Positions 49,703 through 56,573 of a DNA stretch of 64,000 nt are shown here, in pieces. The notes below the pieces were generated by a model. It had not been told where the DNA came from and did not search any database. It saw only the letters and a program-made list of their open reading frames with translations. Source of the DNA: Escherichia phage NJ01. Made by a program: the position numbers and the translations under genes. The stretch lies in the sequence record NC_018835.1. The stretch is one strand, 5' to 3'. Each line of letters opens with the position of its first letter. Position 1 is the stretch's first letter.

Positions 49703-50022
49703 GCGAAGTTAACCTCTTTATGAAGTCTGTAAACAGCTGTCGCCATACAAGCAACAGCTTCGTTATGTGGGAGATGCATCCCTGTAGAACCATCCCAATC
49801 TTTGAACTCATTGTCAAAGACTCCGGTAGGCTCTGGATACAAGGCTTGCAACTCAACCAAATCGTTAGCAACTTGTTGCCATTTATCATCAGACCAGATA
49901 GGGTCATCCAACCAGTAATACAAATAGGAATGGATGATCAATTGCCTTCTGTGCCGATTAATTACTTCAGCGGGACTTATCTCACTTCCATTTGAAGTCC
50001 TAAATGTATTACTGTCAATCAT
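49699..50022 (-). CDS. small protein resembling NAD-dependent DNA ligase N-terminal (Ia) domain
   Basis: HSYLYYWLDDPIWSDDKWQQVANDLVELQALYPE vs LigA [29 protein letters not shown]. Confidence 0.35.
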   Translation of the reverse strand: MIDSNTFRTSNGSEISPAEVINRHRRQLIIHSYLYYWLDDPIWSDDKWQQVANDLVELQALYPEPTGVFDNEFKDWDGSTGMHLPHNEAVACMATAVYRLHKEVNFA

Positions 50023-50267
50023 TTCACAACCTTAAATTTGAATGTTGTTGGGTGATAATAATGCAACCTGTTAATGGTGTGCTTTGTTTCAAGATATATC
50101 CTACAAGAGTGACACATCACATGATTCAGACCAGTTACAGGATTAGGTTTAAAGTTGGCGATAGGCTTCTCTTTCTTACAGAAGCTACAGACTTTCTTTT
50201 CCATCTTTTCTCCAGTGGTCAACGAACTGCTGAAACACTTTACGGTCAAATGTGAAATTACGAGCAA
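50019..50267 (-). CDS. small zinc-finger protein (start uncertain)
   Basis: CSFCKK...CHSC motif; probable start at internal MEKKV. Confidence 0.35.
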   Translation of the reverse strand: MLVISHLTVKCFSSSLTTGEKMEKKVCSFCKKEKPIANFKPNPVTGLNHVMCHSCRIYLETKHTINRLHYYHPTTFKFKVVK

Positions 50268-50418
50268 TTCCGCATTCTCTAAAAGTGGCAGGCATATAAT
50301 CTACATCACCTTCAGATGTATGACCATAGACTTGAATAAGCTTCTTAATCTTATCCTTCTCTCTTCGAGGAAGCATTCTAAATGCCTCCTGAATATCTGT
50401 AATATGTTTTATCTTCAT
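50185..50418 (-). CDS. hypothetical protein
   Basis: ORF track. Confidence 0.35.
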   Translation of the reverse strand: MKIKHITDIQEAFRMLPRREKDKIKKLIQVYGHTSEGDVDYMPATFRECGIARNFTFDRKVFQQFVDHWRKDGKESL

Positions 50419-50564
50419 CAGAAATTCCTGCTAATCCTCTGAGTTGTGGGAACAGCAATATTCACATACTCCACAACAAGGGCAAATTTCTACACTTGGG
50501 TCATATGCATCATCAACTGTCATCCCACACTTGGTGCAGAACACATCATCATCTTCTTCCAATA

Positions 50565-51221
50565 TTAACTCTCCAAAGTTTTCTTCAGAGCTGCCCACGA
50601 GATTGGGTAGAGTTTAGCCATCTCTTCATCCAGAGATTGAGCAAACACTCGAACTTCATACTGAGCATGGGAGGATAGTCGCTGACGACACAACTCAAAC
50701 CAGCCATACAAAGAACCAGTCCACACCCACTCAGTGATCATTCCCTGAGGAAGAACAAATCGGGCTTGTTCTGGTGCAACGAATTCAATCAACTTGTCAT
50801 ATGCTGCTAGAGAAGCTTCATATGCATCGTTAATCAACATTAATGCTTCAGCTCGTTCTCCATCGATGAGTTGAACCCCTGAACCTGCATGGAGGTCCGA
50901 AGGTCTCGCAAAAATCTCTTTAGGGATGAAGACTTCAACTGCTCCATCTTTATACCGCCGGGACATTTCGTTCCACGAGAATCCAACCTGATGCTTGCCC
51001 AACTGTCTCGCAATTGCGATAGGTGCTTTGCATCGGAAACTGACTTGTGGGTGTCGGAATGGAGTAACATGCTTCTCTCTTGCGAGGAAGTTGATGAGAC
51101 GTTCATCACGTTCATTTAAATCACCTTCACGGGTTACGCCAAAGGAAACTCGAGCTGCGTTTACTACGCTACGATCACTTCCCATAGCTTCGATTAATGT
51201 TGCTTGTAATTGTTCATTCAT
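50565..51221 (-). CDS. thyX: flavin-dependent thymidylate synthase (ThyX)
   Basis: ARQLGKHQVGFSWNEMSRRY matches the ThyX RHR-x7-S-x-NE-x-S-x-RY signature. Confidence 0.7.
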   Translation of the reverse strand: MNEQLQATLIEAMGSDRSVVNAARVSFGVTREGDLNERDERLINFLAREKHVTPFRHPQVSFRCKAPIAIARQLGKHQVGFSWNEMSRRYKDGAVEVFIPKEIFARPSDLHAGSGVQLIDGERAEALMLINDAYEASLAAYDKLIEFVAPEQARFVLPQGMITEWVWTGSLYGWFELCRQRLSSHAQYEVRVFAQSLDEEMAKLYPISWAALKKTLES

Positions 51222-51236
51222 CCGTGAATTTCCTTA

Positions 51237-51446
51237 TTAATATTCTTTTACATAATAAACCACTAAGGTTCCCATCTCTGACAATGTTGATTTATGTAAG
51301 CTTACTTTACTATAAATCTTTGGGGCCATCTTAAGAGCCTTCTTAAAACGGCGAGCATCTTTACGAGTAGCAAAGTGCTCTGTAACAGGTATAGCCGGGT
51401 CTTGGTAGAGGTAATATACCACCGTCCAATATTTTTTCATAATCAA
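51237..51446 (-). CDS. small protein, member of four-copy paralog family
   Basis: Shares TRKDARRFKK core and C-terminal Tyr with 53300..53915 trio. Confidence 0.45.
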   Translation of the reverse strand: MIMKKYWTVVYYLYQDPAIPVTEHFATRKDARRFKKALKMAPKIYSKVSLHKSTLSEMGTLVVYYVKEY

Positions 51447-51715
51447 ACACCTAGGGCAGTAGTTAAGAATGCTTTCAGGTTTGCTTCGGTCTGCATACCA
51501 GAGAGACTATAGTGTGCACCACTATTACGGTCAGGTACAACGAAAGCAGGGATGCTTCTTACACCATACTTAACAGCTTGTTCACGACCATCACCTTCAA
51601 GGATGTTAATCTCTTCTACTTCTACATCGAACTCCTTAACAACCTTCTCAAAGGTAGGAGCCATTGCTTTACATGGAGCACACTGATCACTATAAAACTT
51701 AATCACTTTAGACAT
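51443..51715 (-). CDS. thioredoxin-family protein (start moved to ATG at 51715)
   Basis: CAPC active site (FYSDQCAPCK), cis-Pro region RSIPAF. Confidence 0.65.
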   Translation of the reverse strand: MSKVIKFYSDQCAPCKAMAPTFEKVVKEFDVEVEEINILEGDGREQAVKYGVRSIPAFVVPDRNSGAHYSLSGMQTEANLKAFLTTALGV

Positions 51716-51716
51716 T

Positions 51717-51893
51717 CTATTCCTTGTTAATAAACAGGTTGATATGACGTTGGGTAGCAGGAACAACAATAAAAGATTTATACTGACCTTTTGCTAAGTC
51801 ATGAGCAATCTTCTTTGTCTGACCAAGACCCATCACACAGCCACTAACAATAATGGCGTGTGCTTGCAACTCTTCAGGGAGTTTTAGTTTCAT
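51717..51893 (-). CDS. small protein (58 aa), below ORF-track size cutoff
   Basis: ATG at 51893 with AAGGAA upstream; stop overlaps thioredoxin start (TAGAATG). Confidence 0.3.
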   Translation of the reverse strand: MKLKLPEELQAHAIIVSGCVMGLGQTKKIAHDLAKGQYKSFIVVPATQRHINLFINKE

Positions 51894-51905
51894 TCTTCAG
51901 GTTCC

Positions 51906-52091
51906 TTACAGCATAGCAAGAATGATAATAAGAGGTAATGTTATAGCGAAATTAATAAGAACAGCGCTGCCTAGCTTGATAGCTTTAACATCCTCTTCTG
52001 ATGGGTTTTCTTTAATTGCTAAATTTCGAGCTTTATATATAACAGTACCAATTATTAACGACCACACGGCCCACACAATCAGTGAAATCAT
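51906..52091 (-). CDS. small two-TM membrane protein
   Basis: MISLIVWAVWSLIIGTVIY...INFAITLPLIIILAML. Confidence 0.45.
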   Translation of the reverse strand: MISLIVWAVWSLIIGTVIYKARNLAIKENPSEEDVKAIKLGSAVLINFAITLPLIIILAML

Positions 52092-52100
52092 ATCAAACCC

Positions 52101-52280
52101 TTATGCAGTCAGGAGGTGAAGCAGGAATGGGATAACAACAGCTACGACAACCATGATGGTTGATGCTGTTTGAATCTCACCTTTCTTGTCAGGGGTTTCT
52201 TCAATAAGCTTGCCAGAAGCCCAATAGATACCACCACCAATAAAGACAGCCCAAATACCCCATACGATTGCTGATAACAT
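52101..52280 (-). CDS. small two-TM membrane protein, paralog of 51906..52091
   Basis: Translation MLSAIVWGIWAVFIGGGIYWASGKLIEETPDKKGEIQTASTIMVVVAVVIPFLLHLLTA; track ORF 52142..52396 is another frame. Confidence 0.45.
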   Translation of the reverse strand: MLSAIVWGIWAVFIGGGIYWASGKLIEETPDKKGEIQTASTIMVVVAVVIPFLLHLLTA

Positions 52281-52341
52281 ATATCTATATCCTTATAAAT
52301 AAGTTCGCCCCACCTCGGGTTAGGAGACAGGGCGGAGGTTT

Positions 52342-52953
52342 TTAGTAAGACACATCGCCACTTGAGTGGGACATGTTGCTCTTGACGAAGTAGCAATACT
52401 TGCCAAGACCTTCATTAATTTCTTGAAGCATACTCTGATCAACTGGATAAGTGGCTAAATCACCATCAAACTCATCCATCTTCTCAATAATACACATCAA
52501 GGTCATGCACATATCAGAGAGCATACCGTCCATATCTAGGTCAGCATTACCCTCTGAGAACCAAGCATGGGAGAGATAATTGGCTGCTGTGGCGTCCACT
52601 TTAACACAGTGGTAACGCATACGTTCAGCAATACGATCTCCTACTTGTCGTGCGTAATCTTCCAGCTCATCAAACATACCATGAACACCCTGAAATCCTG
52701 CACCAGAGACGTTCCAATGGTAGTTTTTAGCTTTGATATGCAAGAGTTCCATGTTAGCTTGTAAGCAGCTCAGGATGTGTTCTAGGCTGTTTCCACTAAT
52801 CATACCCTGCATTGTTTCAAGGCGAGAGATTGAAAGCTCGGACCGATCTAACATATTGTATTCGACACGACCAATCTCGGGTAAGTCAAAGACATTCTTA
52901 TGCATTTGGGTTTTCTCCATCAAGTTCAACTGAGTTAGCAACATTACGTGCAA
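52342..52953 (-). CDS. Dps / ferritin-like protein (start uncertain)
   Basis: HIKAKNYHWNVSGAGFQGVHGMFDELEDYARQVGDRIAERM matches Dps ferroxidase helix pair. Confidence 0.6.
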   Translation of the reverse strand: MHVMLLTQLNLMEKTQMHKNVFDLPEIGRVEYNMLDRSELSISRLETMQGMISGNSLEHILSCLQANMELLHIKAKNYHWNVSGAGFQGVHGMFDELEDYARQVGDRIAERMRYHCVKVDATAANYLSHAWFSEGNADLDMDGMLSDMCMTLMCIIEKMDEFDGDLATYPVDQSMLQEINEGLGKYCYFVKSNMSHSSGDVSY

Positions 52954-53227
52954 TATTATCCATTACCTGCTGGGTAATTACGATGCAGTTCTGCGGGTCT
53001 ACTGACTTAGAACGCCCCATTTCAGGGTCATACACCTTAACTCGCTTAGCAGTTGAACCTGTAACCTGAAGAACCTTCAACAGATATCCCTGATTACCAA
53101 TAGACCAAGCAACAACATCACGATTCTTGATAAAGCGACCAAGCATATCACGATGATAAAACTGTTGCATCACCTTGGATTTTGTAATCTCTTCAGTGGG
53201 CGGGGCCACTTTACTCAAATCTAACAT
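52898..53227 (-). CDS. hypothetical protein (109 aa)
   Basis: ORF track; overlaps annotated Dps start. Confidence 0.4.
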   Translation of the reverse strand: MLDLSKVAPPTEEITKSKVMQQFYHRDMLGRFIKNRDVVAWSIGNQGYLLKVLQVTGSTAKRVKVYDPEMGRSKSVDPQNCIVITQQVMDNIARNVANSVELDGENPNA

Positions 53228-53266
53228 AACTCTCTCCTGTAAAATACAAATTCTTATTGTACTCTA

Positions 53267-53275
53267 TATACATTT
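53267..53275 (-). promoter_or_regulatory. variant AAATGTATA element (minus strand)
   Basis: + strand TATACATTT, 40 nt upstream of gene start at 53227. Confidence 0.3.
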
Positions 53276-53299
53276 GAGAGTTACCATATCTACTACCAA

Positions 53300-53509
53300 T
53301 CAGTAATAAATTACTTTAGACATAAAAGAACCCGAGTTAGGGTCTTCGTACCAGCGATGTATATCAGCGCTTTTTACTATTGTGCCCAGAGTCTTCAACT
53401 GTTTCTTAGCAATACGAGCCTCTTTGCGAGTGTCAAACAATTTGATGCTATCTTTTCTCGTGTGTTGATCAAGATCCCAAACAACACGAATCGCCCACAT
53501 CTTTTTCAT
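53300..53509 (-). CDS. small protein, paralog family member
   Basis: W.IRV...TRKEARIAKKQLK...Y-COOH pattern. Confidence 0.5.
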   Translation of the reverse strand: MKKMWAIRVVWDLDQHTRKDSIKLFDTRKEARIAKKQLKTLGTIVKSADIHRWYEDPNSGSFMSKVIYY

Positions 53510-53718
53510 TAGTAATGTACCTTTCCGCTGATATAAACACGACCAGAAGAATACTCCTTGGCCTTATGGATACTGATACTATTGACCACGTCACCAGTAA
53601 GCATAGTCTTTTTAAAATCTCGAGCCTGTTGACGAGTAGGAAGTGCAGTCATAGTCATACCACCTGATGCCCACTTAATCTTTGCTAACCAAAACTGTCT
53701 CATAGTGATTGGTCTCAT
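53509..53718 (-). CDS. small protein, paralog family member
   Basis: TRQQARDFKK core, C-terminal HY; start/stop overlap with neighbours. Confidence 0.5.
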   Translation of the reverse strand: MRPITMRQFWLAKIKWASGGMTMTALPTRQQARDFKKTMLTGDVVNSISIHKAKEYSSGRVYISGKVHY

Positions 53719-53915
53719 TAATAATAAACCTTGCTGTTGGCAAAAAGAGCACCTTCGTTATTCACAATAGCTTTTCCTATTGTAACCTTATTGAGTCTAA
53801 AAGTAGACTTGTATTGGTTTTTGACCCTACGGGCGTGTTCTCGAGTATTAACAAAATCTACAGCTACTAACTCTCCAGTCGTGTTATCATGTACACGAAC
53901 AATCCACTTTTTCAT
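53718..53915 (-). CDS. small protein, paralog family member
   Basis: TREHARRVKNQYK core, C-terminal YY. Confidence 0.5.
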   Translation of the reverse strand: MKKWIVRVHDNTTGELVAVDFVNTREHARRVKNQYKSTFRLNKVTIGKAIVNNEGALFANSKVYY

Positions 53916-54118
53916 TTTACTAAACCCTTCATAAAGTTATAAAGATCATTAGAGGCTTTACCCCATTCAAGGTGCTTCTTATCCATATAGCTCTTACATG
54001 CTTCTTTACTACTTTCGACGCATATATCAAATTGATGACATGCTCGACCAAATGTCATAGCTTTTAATTGAACCTCGGTAGTCAAACCTTTCAGTTCTTG
54101 GAACTCTTCTTCAGTCAT
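53912..54118 (-). CDS. hypothetical protein (68 aa)
   Basis: ORF track. Confidence 0.4.
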   Translation of the reverse strand: MTEEEFQELKGLTTEVQLKAMTFGRACHQFDICVESSKEACKSYMDKKHLEWGKASNDLYNFMKGLVK

Positions 54119-54652
54119 TTACACACCCTTAGATGCAACAACACCTTCAGAGTTATTATAACGACCCTTCACTGCATAGGAATGTTCCCCTGCATGAGAG
54201 TGCTCAAACATCACCATCTGACCAACACGCATACCAGCACGAACTCGTAAGCTATGATGCTTGGTTACGTTGTGGAATTCAAACGTCAGCTTACTGCTAT
54301 TAAATCCAGCATCAGCCCATCCAGCATGTAGGTGGTTCAAACCACAACGAGCCATAGATGAACGAAGAACAAACAGGCTTGAGATATTATCTGGAAGATT
54401 AAACTCCTCCATGGAGTGAGCCAAGAAGAACTGACCCGGAGTGATAACCAAACCCTCTTCAGGAATCTTTACTTCCTTCCACTGAAGATTTTCTTTCGCA
54501 TCAATATCAACGATGCCATCAGCCTGTTCTTCAACAAGGATAGTATCACCAATACGGATATCCACACTAGCAGCGTTAACATACTTATGCTCCGCATCCA
54601 GATAGCCATTGTCAATTACATCGTGCAGTTCAACACTTCCTAGTAAACTCAT
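54119..54652 (-). CDS. dcd: dCTP deaminase (dUTPase superfamily)
   Basis: LRSSMARCGLNHLHAGWADAGFNS matches the dcd SSxARxGL...GxxDxGF motif. Confidence 0.7.
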   Translation of the reverse strand: MSLLGSVELHDVIDNGYLDAEHKYVNAASVDIRIGDTILVEEQADGIVDIDAKENLQWKEVKIPEEGLVITPGQFFLAHSMEEFNLPDNISSLFVLRSSMARCGLNHLHAGWADAGFNSSKLTFEFHNVTKHHSLRVRAGMRVGQMVMFEHSHAGEHSYAVKGRYNNSEGVVASKGV

Positions 54653-54661
54653 TCTTATTCC

Positions 54662-56017
54662 TTAGTTATTTGTTTCCATGTCAAAAGAGATTCCACGACC
54701 CGCTTCATCGGCAAACCGAACTGTACGGGTTTGAGGCTGCAATACTTCAGGGTTATCAGCAACAAAGCGATCAGCGAGACTGCGGCTGACGGTCTCAGCT
54801 AATTCACCATGAGAAGGGATATTAAGATCGGCGAGATTATCAACCACATCTTGGGCCACGTCTTCATCAGTCCATACAGCCCTAACAGGTGCGTTGAAAC
54901 TCTGACCAGAGAACTGGTGACGGCTAACAGTCAAACCATTTGATTGACCATTAGAACGTCTAGACAACCACTGCTCAAATGAATCGCCAGTAACACCAAG
55001 AGCTTCTTCAAAAGATGTTCTACGAGTAGAGCTTAGATTTCGTGCTTCGTTTGCTCGACGTCTTGCAGGGGCTACAAACACCCCTTCAACTGCATTGTGC
55101 CGATTAGGTTCATCTTCTCGACCAAGGAGATCTCCTCCTGTATTAGTTGTTAAGTTTGTTAACCCTTCAGACCAATACGCATGAATTCGGCTAGAGCCAT
55201 GAAGACTTGACATTAACTGAATCTCTTCGTAAGGTATACCAAAGAATAGACTCATGTCTCGGTCAACACAATACGAGGGACTTGTCGTATCCTCAACATA
55301 AGTAACCTGACCCCGTTCATCGACCAGATGATTAATCGGTTGAGGTGTAGGGAGGTATCGAGAGTGGGCCATATATTGATATGCAACAGATGGAGCTGAG
55401 AATCTTAACACTTGTGAATTAGGCCACTTTTTGTGAACGTATCTGATTTCACGACTAGAAACAACCACAGGGCAAGGAGCGGTCATAGCTAAATATCCAT
55501 GAGGAGTCATGAATAGGTTGTCAAGAGTCATCGCACCACGGCACATCATAGGAAAATTATCCAATACCTCTTCAATAGAAGTAGGATAATTAAACATGAA
55601 TTGAATGCGGGTTCCATTCCACTGAAACTCAATAATATCAGTGAATGTTAATTGAGAACCCCCAGCATATGATTCGTTTGTAGCTTCAGCAAGAAGGGAT
55701 GCATACTCGATATCTTGTGATTCAAGCCACTCTTTCACATTGCTTTCAATCTCTCGTCCAAGAGCTTGCCAATGATCAACTGTAGTGAAAGTATTTTGAG
55801 TCCCTGGCGTCTGTCCTCTGACAACGAAGATATCAATATCGTGAGGTGCTATGTTATTAAGCACGGCATCACGAACAGCCCCACCAGTAATGATAGGGCA
55901 AATGCCGTCTGGAATCAAGTTGTTGTTAATCAACTGTTCAATGAAGTGACGACCAACAGTGATATCAGGTTGTTGAGCAACCTTATCTTCAATTTGGTTA
56001 ATCGGGATAACAATCAT
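54662..56017 (-). CDS. Pol-beta-superfamily nucleotidyltransferase with CCA-adding-enzyme-like head domain
   Basis: ITGGAVRDAVL...PHDIDIF (GGxVRD ... DxD) near N-terminus after start at 56017 (MIVIPINQ); long C-terminal region without recognised motifs. Confidence 0.5.
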   Translation of the reverse strand: MIVIPINQIEDKVAQQPDITVGRHFIEQLINNNLIPDGICPIITGGAVRDAVLNNIAPHDIDIFVVRGQTPGTQNTFTTVDHWQALGREIESNVKEWLESQDIEYASLLAEATNESYAGGSQLTFTDIIEFQWNGTRIQFMFNYPTSIEEVLDNFPMMCRGAMTLDNLFMTPHGYLAMTAPCPVVVSSREIRYVHKKWPNSQVLRFSAPSVAYQYMAHSRYLPTPQPINHLVDERGQVTYVEDTTSPSYCVDRDMSLFFGIPYEEIQLMSSLHGSSRIHAYWSEGLTNLTTNTGGDLLGREDEPNRHNAVEGVFVAPARRRANEARNLSSTRRTSFEEALGVTGDSFEQWLSRRSNGQSNGLTVSRHQFSGQSFNAPVRAVWTDEDVAQDVVDNLADLNIPSHGELAETVSRSLADRFVADNPEVLQPQTRTVRFADEAGRGISFDMETNN

Positions 56018-56018
56018 T

Positions 56019-56573
56019 TTACATTTTCCAATATAATGAAGGTGGGTCGTAAGGGTCAAATCCCGTGAGTTCACACAAGTATTTATAAACCTTAACGGTT
56101 AAGTTAACGTCCTGTTCACAGTAAGTAAACATATCTTCAGTGAAAGCATCCCATGCTTCCTCTTGCTCACCGTAGTCTCCTTTAAGTTCCTCTAAGAACT
56201 CACCCCATTGCTTCAAACCATGACCTCTTGGGCCATGTCTAGGGTCACCTTTCGGATACTCAGGACTGTCACCAATACGGTCAGGTTTAAGATATCGACT
56301 AAGACACAAGGTGTCGAAGACGTTAAAACGATAGTCGATCAGATTGGGATACATCTTCTTCAGAGCACAAAGGTCGAAGTCAATAATATTATGACCTACG
56401 AGCACATCAGCTTCTGTAAGTTTACGAATCCCATCTTCAATTTGGTGAGGCCGATAGCCCCACCTTTCACCAGTTTCAACATCGAAGATGTAAATACACC
56501 ACACTTTAGTTATGTCATCGTACAGTGCATTACTCTCGATATCAAATGCAAACACTTTCTTTTTCTTTACCAC
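56019..56573 (-). CDS. 3'-5' proofreading exonuclease, T7 gp5 N-terminal-domain-like, as a separate gene
   Basis: Exo I FDIESNAL, Exo II HNIIDFD, Exo III YCEQDV; collinear with T7 DNAP N-terminus ([15 protein letters not shown]). Confidence 0.8.
   Translation of the reverse strand: MVKKKKVFAFDIESNALYDDITKVWCIYIFDVETGERWGYRPHQIEDGIRKLTEADVLVGHNIIDFDLCALKKMYPNLIDYRFNVFDTLCLSRYLKPDRIGDSPEYPKGDPRHGPRGHGLKQWGEFLEELKGDYGEQEEAWDAFTEDMFTYCEQDVNLTVKVYKYLCELTGFDPYDPPSLYWKM

Noticed and set aside
52142-52396. ORF-track CDS on minus strand (84 aa)
   Set aside because: Another frame (52101-52280) encodes a clear paralog of the adjacent membrane protein with an RBS; the track ORF also overlaps the Dps-like gene.
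54662-56573. Exonuclease ORF plus downstream ORF as one continuous DNA polymerase
   Set aside because: Downstream ORF has nucleotidyltransferase head motifs but none of polymerase motifs A/B/C; those are in the separate gene at 45168-47012.
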